DNA from: a virus
Virus record (IMG/VR): IMGVR_UViG_3300046007_007028
Location: 1 to 64,000 of that record
Strand: one strand, 5' to 3'
Length of the DNA: 64,000 bases
Position 1 is the stretch's first letter. Every line of letters starts with the position of its first letter. The translations under genes and the position numbers were made by a program. Positions 35,186 through 45,131 of the stretch are shown here, piece after piece. The notes beneath the pieces are model-generated. The model made no database searches, was not told where the DNA came from, and saw only the letters and a program-made list of their open reading frames with translations.

Positions 35186-35447
35186 CCCTTTTCCATCGTC
35201 CCCGCCTTCCTTCTTCGACAAACAAAAAGCTGTCCGCCTGTATAGCCACCGGAAAAACATAGTTCATGTCCCGGATTAGATATGCCTGTTCCCGTTCCTG
35301 GGCCCGGAGCCTGTCCTGAAGCTGTAATGTCAGCAACGCAAGCGAATCAAACTCCGCACGAGATACGGGCCTTTCAGATGGGATATGAACCGTCGGGCCG
35401 GTGCAGGCGGTGGTTAATAATAATAATACGAACGCAATCTTTTTCAT
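35148..35447 (-). CDS. Lipoprotein with coiled coil, spanin candidate
   Basis: MKKIAFVLLLLTTAC lipobox; heptad region. Confidence 0.55.
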   Translation of the reverse strand: MKKIAFVLLLLTTACTGPTVHIPSERPVSRAEFDSLALLTLQLQDRLRAQEREQAYLIRDMNYVFPVAIQADSFLFVEEGRRGRWKRVRRSVEYFAGLR

Positions 35448-35788
35448 TTTTTGAACCCTAAATAAACCCCAACAATATGCCAAACTTTTGCCCATCCCTT
35501 CCTTTTGAGGCCCTCCACGGCCTCCCGCTTCAACACGGGCTTGACCTGCGTGTCCCATTCGGGTTTACGAACGTCCCTGAGTCGCTTGTAGGTGTCGAGC
35601 ATGGCATTTAAGATACGCCAGCCGAGAAGCAATAGCCATCCATGGGTGAATAGCCATTGCTCCCAATCGGGGAAGTCCGGTTTGATCTGAAGAAAAACGG
35701 CCCCGGCTCTAATTCCCCAGAAAACAGACTGATCCTGAAGGGTATGAATGTAGTCTTCTTTTAGGTTACAAAAAAACCGGGTCGGCAT
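35444..35788 (-). CDS. Membrane protein (lysis-associated candidate)
   Basis: Hydrophobic WLFTHGWLLLLGW segment; coupled. Confidence 0.5.
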   Translation of the reverse strand: MPTRFFCNLKEDYIHTLQDQSVFWGIRAGAVFLQIKPDFPDWEQWLFTHGWLLLLGWRILNAMLDTYKRLRDVRKPEWDTQVKPVLKREAVEGLKRKGWAKVWHIVGVYLGFKK

Positions 35789-36186
35789 TACTCCTCTGTC
35801 TTGCGGTGGTAGTACAAGGTGTCGGGTGTCGCAGTTTTCCATCCGGGTAGTCCGAAGATGTAGGCGATGGCTTGGGCTCCGGTGATTTCATGTCCCTGAA
35901 CTCTTTTGTTTCCAAGCAAGCCAGTCAGCCTTTCTTCCATGGCAAAACCATTAATTCGGAAAGTTGTTTCAATTTTCCAGCCTTTTGAGGACATTTCCCC
36001 TGGTAATTGCCGGTTATCCATCCCGATTGCAAACCCCTCTGAGGTCATCAGGGCGTGGCACAAAGAATCCCCGTGCTTAACCAGCAAACACGGAATCCGC
36101 TCGATACGGGTATAAAGTCCGAAAAAGGACCTGACGGGCCGCTGGATAATGCGCACATCCCACGGCTTTGGGCTGTTATGCTTCAT
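35788..36186 (-). CDS. Hypothetical protein (weak permuted NlpC/P60-like resemblance)
   Basis: AIAYIFGLPGWKTATPDTLY; catalytic Cys not evident. Confidence 0.5.
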   Translation of the reverse strand: MKHNSPKPWDVRIIQRPVRSFFGLYTRIERIPCLLVKHGDSLCHALMTSEGFAIGMDNRQLPGEMSSKGWKIETTFRINGFAMEERLTGLLGNKRVQGHEITGAQAIAYIFGLPGWKTATPDTLYYHRKTEE

Positions 36187-36556
36187 TTTCGTTTGGCTCA
36201 ATAAGGACGACAATAATCTTTTCCAGCAAAGCGGGTGCAATCGTTCCGGTTTCGTTGGAGATGTCAATCATTTTCAGATCGAGGTCCTCTGTTTCCTGCA
36301 AGGCTTCCCAGCGGGTCGAAACGGCGGCATCGGCTTTTTGGGACATTGCCACAAACTCTTGGTAGGCGATGTCTTTGGCCCCGTCTTTCAAGGCATCCAT
36401 CTCCTTTTGAACTTCTTCGGAAAACCTCTTCCCGATCCATTTAAGCCTATCAAGATTGCGGGCAACCCGGTAAGCGGTAGTGTGCGACAGCTCCTTAGCT
36501 GCAAGCTCTCTGAGGCCAAAATACAACTTGGCGGCTTCTAAAATCTGTAACTTCAT
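36176..36556 (-). CDS. Hypothetical tail-associated protein
   Basis: Helical; follows the tail genes. Confidence 0.6.
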   Translation of the reverse strand: MKLQILEAAKLYFGLRELAAKELSHTTAYRVARNLDRLKWIGKRFSEEVQKEMDALKDGAKDIAYQEFVAMSQKADAAVSTRWEALQETEDLDLKMIDISNETGTIAPALLEKIIVVLIEPNENEA

Positions 36557-36575
36557 GTGTAAAAAATTTCTGCAA

Positions 36576-36938
36576 TTATACATTAAATCTTCCAAGGTTG
36601 TCAGCCCACTCAATCTTGGCCTCGACGAATTGATTGATAACAACCGGCTGCCCCATCAGCATAATGAAGAAGTCAAATTCAGACATTATCCCGCCCTCAT
36701 CAACAAGCTGGCCCTGCTGGTTCACCATCTGGTCTTTGGTGGCCCTTAGCGTGTACCATTTGGCCGGCATGGGATGGGCGGTTTTGACCTCGTCTTTGAT
36801 GAAGTAGTGGTCAATCCGGATGCGAAGTCCGACCCCGAATCCGAACTCTGGATCAGCGTCGACAACAAGGCCGGAAAAAGAGGCTTCCCGAAGGATATTG
36901 CTATCAATGGGGTGTATGGAGATTTCGATTGGAGTCAT
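36576..36938 (-). CDS. Hypothetical tail-associated protein
   Basis: 120 aa; position. Confidence 0.6.
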   Translation of the reverse strand: MTPIEISIHPIDSNILREASFSGLVVDADPEFGFGVGLRIRIDHYFIKDEVKTAHPMPAKWYTLRATKDQMVNQQGQLVDEGGIMSEFDFFIMLMGQPVVINQFVEAKIEWADNLGRFNV

Positions 36939-36943
36939 AGTTT

Positions 36944-37780
36944 TTATACGTTTCTACCTAAAGCAGTTTGAAATGCGTTCACTAAAATCAAGGCTATACG
37001 GGCCTGTTCGTCGGTAAGGCCTTTCCCGCCAGCACCGAAAGAGATTTGCTGAGTTGAAGCAAAATCCCTGCCCGTAGCCCCGTTTCTTGTCCCGTAGTAG
37101 AGGTTTCGGTTTGGCCTCGTAGTTGATGCCACGGTTATTGTTCTGTTAAGCCGATCCCGAATCCACAACTGCATAATGTTGGATGCCTGCCTGTTTGCAA
37201 GCCATGCCCCTTGGGTATTGGTTATCCCCAAAGCAAAAGCCGCTCCCGCAGCGGTCGCATTCAGGGTTCCGTTCCCGTTAAAAGCTGTGCGTGAAGCATT
37301 TATCTGGTGGAGATTGGTCCCGTCGCCCGCTCCAAATAATACGGTTGCGGCGCCAGAATCCGTCCGGGTGTAAACCATTAGACTTGCATCATTGAGAAGC
37401 CCTGCCGTTGATGGGTTGTATCCAAAGTCGGCATAATTGGGCGTAGGATTTGATGCAAATGCGGGTGTCATTCCCGTCGAAGCGTGCGTCCATGTGCCAA
37501 AAAAAGTGGTATTGTATGCGTTCTTCATATCCAAGGCATGAGTCGCCGACAAGCCGCCGACTATCGGGTGTATAAAGTCCCATTCATCCCAAATCCCATT
37601 CACCACCAGTCCCCATGTAAGGGCGTTGAGAGCATTGATAACAGGAACAGTCGGCTCGTATCCAGCAACGTCAAGCCGGTTTAGAAAAGACAGGCAAAAA
37701 GGATGAATGTTATCCGGAATAAACGTCGAGGTGGTCCCCACGACTACCGTTCCTGATCCGCTTATGGCTGTGAGTGGCAT
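36944..37780 (-). CDS. Virion lectin/ConA-like domain protein
   Basis: Beta-rich; ends FQTALGRNV; adjacent to the tail fibre. Confidence 0.65.
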   Translation of the reverse strand: MPLTAISGSGTVVVGTTSTFIPDNIHPFCLSFLNRLDVAGYEPTVPVINALNALTWGLVVNGIWDEWDFIHPIVGGLSATHALDMKNAYNTTFFGTWTHASTGMTPAFASNPTPNYADFGYNPSTAGLLNDASLMVYTRTDSGAATVLFGAGDGTNLHQINASRTAFNGNGTLNATAAGAAFALGITNTQGAWLANRQASNIMQLWIRDRLNRTITVASTTRPNRNLYYGTRNGATGRDFASTQQISFGAGGKGLTDEQARIALILVNAFQTALGRNV

Positions 37781-37787
37781 GATTTTA

Positions 37788-40700
37788 TCAATTCAAATAA
37801 TGCGCATAAACCTGAGTTGCCGTAATGGTATTTGAGGCGCTTGCTGACCCCCATTCGGCCTGAACATCAAACGAAACAGTTGAAGTCATGTTGATGGCAC
37901 CGGGAACGGCAGGAATATCAAAGCCAGAATCATGCCCGCTTGTAGTCTCAAAATAAGCCGAACCGCCCGCCCGAACCGTTCCGGAAGCCCCGGTAGTGAT
38001 GCAAACTATCGTGGCGTTAATTTCCCAATATTTTGAGGACATGGACCCTGAATGGAGGAGAGGAATAGTCGCCACCGTAACGCCCCCAATGATAATAAGA
38101 ATATCGACGTTGTTTGATCCACTATTTGTCCCCCATTCCCCAGATGCAAATACTTTGATGGTTTTCCCAACCCCAAAGAATCCGGACGGCAGGGTGGTTG
38201 AGCCTGTGACTGAGCCGATGATGGAAGTGGGGTCCGTATCATTTGTTACCGCCGCAGCAGGAGTAGTGACAGAAAATATCCCCAAAGCCGTCAGGTCCGA
38301 GGACTTGGTTAGGTTCCCGGATGAATCCGATACCACCACGCCAGAAGAAGACCCGGTGGCAAAGTCAGGGTTGCGGTCAAGGGTAATGAATTTGGTTACC
38401 GCTGAGTCTTTGTAGAAAAGCAGGGATGTATTGGTGGGAGAACCAGTATTCATCCACATTGCCCCGTTTGTTGTCAGGGTTGGCGTAACCCCGGACATTG
38501 GAACAAAGATGGCGTGAGGAATAGATGCCGTCGCCCCGGAAATGTGCATTAAAGCCGTTGGCGTTGTAAGGCCGATACCCACCAGTCCCGCCGTTACCAG
38601 CAAGGCATAGTTGTTTGTTCCGCCCGATGCCGTTAGGGACAAGGCGATGTTGGTGGTCCCTCCAGTAGCCGTCGAAGAAAGCCCGACATTAGTAGAAGTT
38701 CCGCCCGTATGGGTATTAGAAAAAGACCCAGCAGTCGTAGTTTGGCCTGCCGTCCCATTCGCCCCCGACAATCCCACCGAAAAAAGCGTCTGAGCGTTTG
38801 ATGCCGCAGCGGTCGACGTTGAGGATAACCGGAAGGCCGTCGCCCCCGCCAAGGTGTTCCATTGCCATTCCTGAGCGAAATTCCCGTTCCCGGTGATGGT
38901 ATTGCTTCCTGTTGCAGAGGTCAAAGCCGACAACGCCGTAGAACCGCCTCCTCCGCCCGTTACCCAACTCAGCACTCCAGACCCGTTCGTTTGAAGCACC
39001 TGTCCGGAAGTCCCGTCTGCCGTTGGCAGCGTGTACGTTACCGATGCCGAGGCCACTCCGGATTGGATGGTGGTGGTATTGGCGTTGGTTCCGTTGCGAA
39101 AAACAATCGCCCCCGCAATCGAAGAGGCCGTACCCAAAGTCAGGGCCGATGCCCCCGTGGCGACAAGGCCGACGAAAGTACCGACGCCGGAATCATTTAG
39201 GGTAGCGGCGGAGTTTTGAATAAGCTTCCCAGTGGTGCCATCAAACCTCGTAAAAGCATTGTCAGTAGCCGATCCTGGCCCCACCACATCCCCCGTTCCC
39301 GCTACGTTGGCCCACGAAGGAAGTCCGGACGCCAAAGTCAATACCTGACCATTCGAGCCAACCCCAAGCCTTGTGAACAGGCCGCCAGAATTTCGGTAGT
39401 AAATATCCCCCGTCGCATCCGAGCCTACGTTAATTACGGGGGAAGTCAGGGTTTTGTTTGTTAATGCCTGAGTGGTGGCCTCCCCAACGAATGTGTCGCT
39501 CGAATCAGGAACAATCCACGAAACAGCACCGGTCAGTAAAGAAATATCAAAGACAAGGCTCGATGAGGGCGATGTAGCGTCGTCGGCTATAAAGAAATTC
39601 GCAGCCGTAACCCACAGGTCCGACCCGTCAGTTATCATGCGGGCAAACCCGTCAAAAGCCCCAGCGTTGTTCCACTGAATTTCCCCGCTTGAACCTCCCG
39701 GAGTTCCGCCACCGCCACTTGATGTAAGCACCCCAGACCCAGACAAAGAAAGGCCAGAGCCAATCGTTATTTGCTGAATATCCCCTGAGCCCGCACCCCA
39801 ACGACCAAGTAAGATTGCCGTTGATACATTCTGCATCTTAGCAAATGATACGGCATCGTTGGCTATGGTCATTACCCCGTCCTTATCCAAAGACCCGTCA
39901 CCGGACATTGGAACCCCCACAGCCGCATTGGCGTCGCTTCCAACAAAGATGTAGGCTTCTGTCAGGGTATCATCAAGCTTATTTGCCAAAGCATCTGTAA
40001 GCCCAAAGACCTGACTCTGCGCAATCGTCGGAATATCTCCCGCAACCAGAGTGTCCCAGACGGGGGCCGTTGCCGTGCCCAATGTTGACAAAGACCGTAG
40101 AAATTTGCGGGTATTGGTGGTGTCCCCGGCAAGCCTTGTTGGCGACCCTAATGCTGCCCCGTAGATAATGTCCCCCAAAGTAGTCATCGGGTTTGTCAGG
40201 GAACTGATGGTGGCGTATTCAAGCTCTGTTCCGCCAGCATTTACCCTCAAAACCTGCAAGGCCGACCCAAGCGTGGTAAGGCCCGTACCACCATAAGCAA
40301 TCTGAATCGTATTCCCCTGCCATGTGGTTGATGTAATTGGCGAGGTTACCCTTATGCGGGATGTGGCATCGTCGTAGCTTAGATTCGTCCCAAGGGTTAC
40401 AAACCTTGCCGCTGCCGAGCTCTGGTCCCAAAAGAAAAAGGCATCTGCCGCCGGGGCAGATAAAACCGTTTGAGTGCCACCATAGGCCAGTGCCACGGGA
40501 TCAGCCTCCCATGCACCCTGCACCACCGACCCAACGATCAGATCAGACCCAATCGTTACATCCGTTGCCGTCCCGCCAATAAGCAAAGACCCCGCAGAAT
40601 CAATACCAAAACCCGTCGAGAAATTCAGGGTTCCGGTCATTGTGTCCCCGGCCTTTAGCACATACAAAGACAGATCCGGAGCCGATGGAAGGGTCGCCCA

Positions 40701-41336
40701 TTCCAAAGCCGTAGCCCCGGCGTTCACCCTCAAATATTGCAGGGCCGTACCGATGGCAGTCAGGCCCGTGCCGCCTTTTGTAGTTGATATGGCCGTGGCG
40801 TTCCAGACTCCGGTGGTAAAGGCATTGCCCGTAAGCACGGCCTGACCAATATTTACCTGAGTGGCCCCCGTGCCAAGGTTTAGGACCCCCGTTGAGGTAA
40901 GGCCCAGTCCGGTGCCGAAAGTAATGTTGCCCGTCATTGTGCCTCCCGCAAGCAAGAGGTAGGTATTGAACTTGGCAATCAGGTCGGTTTGGTCGTTGAT
41001 GTTGCCAACCCCGCCACCCCATAGCCACGAAGTCGCCGTCCCAGAGGGTGCGGTTTCAAACAGGAATGGTTGGTACAAGTTGATGATTTCAACCGGGACG
41101 TTGGTGTTTAGCTGCGCATTGTCAACCAGAAGAGTGAGCAGGCGAAGGCGTAGTTCCTCGGTTTGGTTGGTGTCTGCCGATCCCTCTAAAAGCTGGTTGT
41201 ACCAGACTATGTTGTTGATCTGCTGCTGACCAGAGCGACCCGCAGCCCTTTCGGTGCGCAGGAGTGCCCTTTGCTCGGCAATCTTCTCGATTGCGGCATT
41301 GGTGTAGGCTTCAAGGTTGTCTAAGTAATTTGCCAT
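37788..41336 (-). CDS. Tail fibre protein
   Basis: G/T/S-rich; internal repeats GGTGLT..G.ALQ.LRVNAG.T.LE and L.AG.TMTG.; LPTADGTSGQVLQTNGSGVLSW. Confidence 0.88.
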   Translation of the reverse strand: MANYLDNLEAYTNAAIEKIAEQRALLRTERAAGRSGQQQINNIVWYNQLLEGSADTNQTEELRLRLLTLLVDNAQLNTNVPVEIINLYQPFLFETAPSGTATSWLWGGGVGNINDQTDLIAKFNTYLLLAGGTMTGNITFGTGLGLTSTGVLNLGTGATQVNIGQAVLTGNAFTTGVWNATAISTTKGGTGLTAIGTALQYLRVNAGATALEWATLPSAPDLSLYVLKAGDTMTGTLNFSTGFGIDSAGSLLIGGTATDVTIGSDLIVGSVVQGAWEADPVALAYGGTQTVLSAPAADAFFFWDQSSAAARFVTLGTNLSYDDATSRIRVTSPITSTTWQGNTIQIAYGGTGLTTLGSALQVLRVNAGGTELEYATISSLTNPMTTLGDIIYGAALGSPTRLAGDTTNTRKFLRSLSTLGTATAPVWDTLVAGDIPTIAQSQVFGLTDALANKLDDTLTEAYIFVGSDANAAVGVPMSGDGSLDKDGVMTIANDAVSFAKMQNVSTAILLGRWGAGSGDIQQITIGSGLSLSGSGVLTSSGGGGTPGGSSGEIQWNNAGAFDGFARMITDGSDLWVTAANFFIADDATSPSSSLVFDISLLTGAVSWIVPDSSDTFVGEATTQALTNKTLTSPVINVGSDATGDIYYRNSGGLFTRLGVGSNGQVLTLASGLPSWANVAGTGDVVGPGSATDNAFTRFDGTTGKLIQNSAATLNDSGVGTFVGLVATGASALTLGTASSIAGAIVFRNGTNANTTTIQSGVASASVTYTLPTADGTSGQVLQTNGSGVLSWVTGGGGGSTALSALTSATGSNTITGNGNFAQEWQWNTLAGATAFRLSSTSTAAASNAQTLFSVGLSGANGTAGQTTTAGSFSNTHTGGTSTNVGLSSTATGGTTNIALSLTASGGTNNYALLVTAGLVGIGLTTPTALMHISGATASIPHAIFVPMSGVTPTLTTNGAMWMNTGSPTNTSLLFYKDSAVTKFITLDRNPDFATGSSSGVVVSDSSGNLTKSSDLTALGIFSVTTPAAAVTNDTDPTSIIGSVTGSTTLPSGFFGVGKTIKVFASGEWGTNSGSNNVDILIIIGGVTVATIPLLHSGSMSSKYWEINATIVCITTGASGTVRAGGSAYFETTSGHDSGFDIPAVPGAINMTSTVSFDVQAEWGSASASNTITATQVYAHYLN

Positions 41337-41337
41337 A

Positions 41338-41997
41338 TCAACAGTTACATAGGCATGAAGGATCATTGCATAGCGTCACAAGCTCGTCAATCTGAGCCTG
41401 CGCCTCCGTGTAAATATCCTCCGTGGATTCAACATTAGGAACAAGGGATGGAATGCACGTACTGAGCGTTGCTGCCGTCCCTATAAACATTGCATTCTTT
41501 TCAAGCCACTCCTCCTGAGAACAATTGCTTGGAAACTTGTTATTTAGCCGCCTCAAAGCATCGTAAACACAATTGGATTCGTTTACGTTCATCCATACCG
41601 GAAGCTGCCCCAGTGCCCCGCTTGACTGAGCAAGGTCAATGAAAGCGTCCCAGTCGTAGCCTTCATCCAAAAGCTCCACCCAATTAAGGGAATTATCCAC
41701 CACAAGTTCCACAAGCTGAATAACTCTGTCTGCCCCACCACTTAGGTTGGCAAACGTGCGTGTGGACTGAGAGGGCGGAACGCGGATAAGGGAAATGTCT
41801 GAAAACGGCAAAAACCGGTACATAAACCAGATATTCACCTCGCTTTCTTCGGGCCTGGTCAGTGTTCCAGAGCCCGGAGGCGCAAAACCACCCGGACTTT
41901 CTGGATATGTTCCGGTGGCGTCGGCGACGGTGAAAGCCGTGTTGTCGGCAGAAATTGAAGTGACAGAAGGAATAATGCGAAGGTCAGAATACGGCAT
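41338..41997 (-). CDS. Structural protein (tail/neck candidate)
   Basis: Position; C-terminal CxxxxCxCxC. Confidence 0.6.
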   Translation of the reverse strand: MPYSDLRIIPSVTSISADNTAFTVADATGTYPESPGGFAPPGSGTLTRPEESEVNIWFMYRFLPFSDISLIRVPPSQSTRTFANLSGGADRVIQLVELVVDNSLNWVELLDEGYDWDAFIDLAQSSGALGQLPVWMNVNESNCVYDALRRLNNKFPSNCSQEEWLEKNAMFIGTAATLSTCIPSLVPNVESTEDIYTEAQAQIDELVTLCNDPSCLCNC

Positions 41998-42191
41998 CAG
42001 CTTCCAAAGTTATTTTGTGCTTTCTCCAAAAGTTGCTCCACCCTGACTCCGTCGTTTAGGGCCTCGCTCACCACAATATCGGCATAAATAGCCAGCATTT
42101 GCGTTGCCGTCCGGTCCGGACCGCTGTTGGTCCGCTCCCCGGCCTGAGCCACGGCAAGATAAGCGTTTGTCAAAAGTTCTGCGGCAGTCAT
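41997..42191 (-). CDS. Hypothetical protein
   Basis: TACATTTG promoter at 42218-42211. Confidence 0.55.
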   Translation of the reverse strand: MTAAELLTNAYLAVAQAGERTNSGPDRTATQMLAIYADIVVSEALNDGVRVEQLLEKAQNNFGS

Positions 42192-42221
42192 GGGCAAAGT
42201 CTATTGGCTACAAATGTAAAG

Positions 42222-42251
42222 AAAAAAGCCGCGTATTATTACACGGCTTTT
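42222..42251 (-). terminator. Intrinsic terminator
   Basis: A6-GCCG...CGGC-T4. Confidence 0.6.
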
Positions 42252-42568
42252 ATCAACTTATCGACGATTTCCTGTCGCTCGCAGCACGAGGCTATCAACT
42301 CGTCTATTTCTTTTGGGACAACAGCCCTTTCATCTCCCACCTCCACAATATCGGGGTTCAGTGGTTCATTGATATGGGGCAGGATGTCAACCCAGCACTC
42401 GTCAAATCCCCCGTCAATAATGGCCTGAGCCAAGACGGGTCCACAGAACAGGATAATAGGCCCTTTGTTCTCTGCCCACCATAAAGCCCTCCCGACAAGG
42501 TCGGAAAGACTTTCTTTGGTGATGACAAAGTTGTTTGGGACGGTTTGGTGTCCGGTGGTATCAAGCAT
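42239..42568 (-). CDS. Hypothetical protein
   Basis: Coupled to the upstream gene. Confidence 0.6.
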   Translation of the reverse strand: MLDTTGHQTVPNNFVITKESLSDLVGRALWWAENKGPIILFCGPVLAQAIIDGGFDECWVDILPHINEPLNPDIVEVGDERAVVPKEIDELIASCCERQEIVDKLIKAV

Positions 42569-43611
42569 TATTCCCCAACTTTAGCGGATTTTGCCCCGGA
42601 CTTACTCGTCTTGGAAAGCTCATCAAGGTAGGTGGCAAGGGCTTTGTAGCCGTCGCTGCCATCAATCTTTTTCTTGATATACAACACGCGCTCCTCTTCG
42701 TTTACAAACGTCGGGATTGGCTCCTCAAACTTGAAAAACACCTTCCCGTTGTCGGTCCGGATTGCCTCAAAGTCTGTCAGCTTCACCTTACCGCTTTTGA
42801 TGGCGCCAACAAACTGGTCAACCTCAATGGCATTGTCAAGGTCTGCAAAGATTTTGCGCATCCTGTCGTAGCCACCAACTTCTTTGACCTTGTTGACAAG
42901 GTAAGCCCGTGCCCCTGGTGTGGACTTGGCAAGCGTTGGTTGATTGAAGAATTTGTACCCGCGGAAATTGTCGGACATCAAAATTTGCAGATGGCCCTCC
43001 TGAACTTCGCGAATCTTGTCGTTGACCTCCTGTTCCCGCTCCCACGCATCGTACACATCCACGCCCTGAAGATCAGGGTTCTTGAACTCAAATGTCCAAT
43101 TCCTGCGCAGCACCATATTAGCAATAACATTCTTGCGGGTCACTTCCTTCCCGTCCTGCCTTAGCTTTGATATTGTGGCAAGGATGTCCTGACGGCATTG
43201 TGGGTGCAACTGAAGCACCAGCCAATCAATTTGGTCCTCTTGGTTGTCGCCACGAAAGGTCTGAACGCCAAAGTTGTTGAACTGGCGACGACGGAACCTT
43301 GGCATATTGTTTCCGTGCCAGCCCGCATGAAAGCCAAGCAATACCTTTTGAGCATTCCATGTAATGTCCCATGATTTTATCAGTCCGATAACGCCGAGCC
43401 TTTGCTCCACGCCGGAAGATATAACCTTGTTTTTGTCAAGGGACGAGCCTTTCTGAACGTGAACCTTCGTAAAAAAGGTTGGGTTGATCGTCACTTGCTT
43501 TACTTCTCCCGGACTTAAAATGTCAAGGAGGCTTTTGTCTGTCGCTTTCGCATCGTACAATTCCGATGGGAGGTCATTGACCTTTACCACCATGGTAGTT
43601 AAGCTTTGCAT
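42568..43611 (-). CDS. Conserved protein downstream of the major capsid gene
   Basis: 347 aa; LQLHPQC motif; position typical of crAss-like head modules. Confidence 0.65.
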   Translation of the reverse strand: MQSLTTMVVKVNDLPSELYDAKATDKSLLDILSPGEVKQVTINPTFFTKVHVQKGSSLDKNKVISSGVEQRLGVIGLIKSWDITWNAQKVLLGFHAGWHGNNMPRFRRRQFNNFGVQTFRGDNQEDQIDWLVLQLHPQCRQDILATISKLRQDGKEVTRKNVIANMVLRRNWTFEFKNPDLQGVDVYDAWEREQEVNDKIREVQEGHLQILMSDNFRGYKFFNQPTLAKSTPGARAYLVNKVKEVGGYDRMRKIFADLDNAIEVDQFVGAIKSGKVKLTDFEAIRTDNGKVFFKFEEPIPTFVNEEERVLYIKKKIDGSDGYKALATYLDELSKTSKSGAKSAKVGE

Positions 43612-43635
43612 TTTTTTGTTTGTTAAAAGGTAAAT

Positions 43636-43667
43636 AAAAAAGCAGGGGACACCGCGCCCCCTGCTTT
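43636..43667 (-). terminator. Terminator after the major capsid gene
   Basis: AGCAGGGG/CCCCTGCT stem with A/T tails. Confidence 0.8.
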
Positions 43668-43680
43668 GAAGAAAACATTT

Positions 43681-45111
43681 TTAGGCAGGTGCCCCAAAGT
43701 AGAGCTTGTTTGCAAGCATCGTTTGAACGGCAATGTCCTTACCCATGGTCATGTAGAACTCTTCTTTTTGAAGGTTCTCAGGATTGACGTTATAAACCCT
43801 TGTTTTGAGTTTCTGACCGCCAATCATTTGAGGAGATTCCTTCTGAAGAATCCGTACCATCGGAGCAGTAACGGAGAAAGAAGTGTTGGACATTCCTTTC
43901 TGCAAAGCATACTGCTGGTCAGGGATAATGATGAAGGCATTATTCCAGTAGGCAGCGGTTTGCACGCCGTCAGAGTTCAATGGCGAATACATTTCCTTGT
44001 GTGACCACTCAGAGGCATTCATCAAATCAAACTCCCTTACGCCCAAGATAAACCGGCCCAAAGTCCGCTTAATCTGGTTGCGCTCACTGTTTTGGATGCC
44101 CTCCCCGGAGATATACTGGATAGCCCCGTTGGTAAGAGCGGCAAAGTTGTTGCGCTGCAAGGTATTGACCGCGTTTGCACCACCCCAGAAATTGACCTTA
44201 GACCCCGCCTGAACAGCGTCAAGCTGATCGGAGATGTCATAAAAGTCATCAAAGGTCATTGTGCCAGCGGCAAAAGTGTCGCTGATGCCGTATGTCTGAG
44301 CGGCGGAAACGTACCCTTGAGTAGTCGCCTTCCCGTTCAAAGTTTCGCCCCGGCTAACGGTGGCAATGGCAGAAGTTTCAAGGTAAGAAGTCAGGATTGC
44401 ATCCGAGAAAATCTTGGCGGCAAGGTAGGTCTGACCCTCAAACTTGAACTCAAAAGACTGGTTGTAAGCAGCCGGATTGATTGTGGCCGAGCTGGTCAGT
44501 TGGTACTGCCATGTTACGCCATAACGGGACCAGCCACGAACCGATCCACCAGGAAAGCTGTCGCCATACGCAAACGCAGAGGCTTGTGGCTTCAAAACGT
44601 CACCAGAGGCCACCAGCGTATTCAGCACCGCAGTTGATGTGGATTTGAATTTGATGGTGTGTGTGCTTGAGGCGGGGTCAAATACGGGAGCCTCGGAAAC
44701 AATCAACTGAGTGGACGGAACCGCCCCTTCAAAGATTTTACCGATAGTACCGTAGTTGTAGAAGTAGTCTGACCCGTTGTTGTCAAAGGAATTGGCAACA
44801 ACAGTAACAGTGATTTCAGCACCGGCAGATGCACCACCAGTAGTGGAAACAACCGTAAGGGTGTTGAGGACAGAGTTTTGCTCTGTATGGAAGATGTTGT
44901 TGGTATCGACGGCAACGCCTACGAATCCACCATTATCAACCTGATTAGCCATGAACCCATTTTCGATGGGGGCACGGTCTTCGTACTGGTCCAGAAGGAC
45001 TGGCCAGAACTGACGGGTTTGCGACGTTGAGTCAGCAAAACCAGCAAGAACCTGAGAGATGTCGGGGGTTGAACCACTACCGGCACCAACAGGACCAAAT
45101 AATGCAGCCAT
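43681..45111 (-). CDS. Major capsid protein
   Basis: 476 aa; follows portal and acidic scaffold and precedes a strong terminator; TTQGYVS motif. Confidence 0.75.
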   Translation of the reverse strand: MAALFGPVGAGSGSTPDISQVLAGFADSTSQTRQFWPVLLDQYEDRAPIENGFMANQVDNGGFVGVAVDTNNIFHTEQNSVLNTLTVVSTTGGASAGAEITVTVVANSFDNNGSDYFYNYGTIGKIFEGAVPSTQLIVSEAPVFDPASSTHTIKFKSTSTAVLNTLVASGDVLKPQASAFAYGDSFPGGSVRGWSRYGVTWQYQLTSSATINPAAYNQSFEFKFEGQTYLAAKIFSDAILTSYLETSAIATVSRGETLNGKATTQGYVSAAQTYGISDTFAAGTMTFDDFYDISDQLDAVQAGSKVNFWGGANAVNTLQRNNFAALTNGAIQYISGEGIQNSERNQIKRTLGRFILGVREFDLMNASEWSHKEMYSPLNSDGVQTAAYWNNAFIIIPDQQYALQKGMSNTSFSVTAPMVRILQKESPQMIGGQKLKTRVYNVNPENLQKEEFYMTMGKDIAVQTMLANKLYFGAPA

Positions 45112-45131
45112 TGTTGTGTAAAAGTTTTTTA

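Noticed and set aside
36944-41336. Diversity-generating retroelement target in tail genes
   Set aside because: No reverse transcriptase or TR/VR pair differing at adenines seen in the window.
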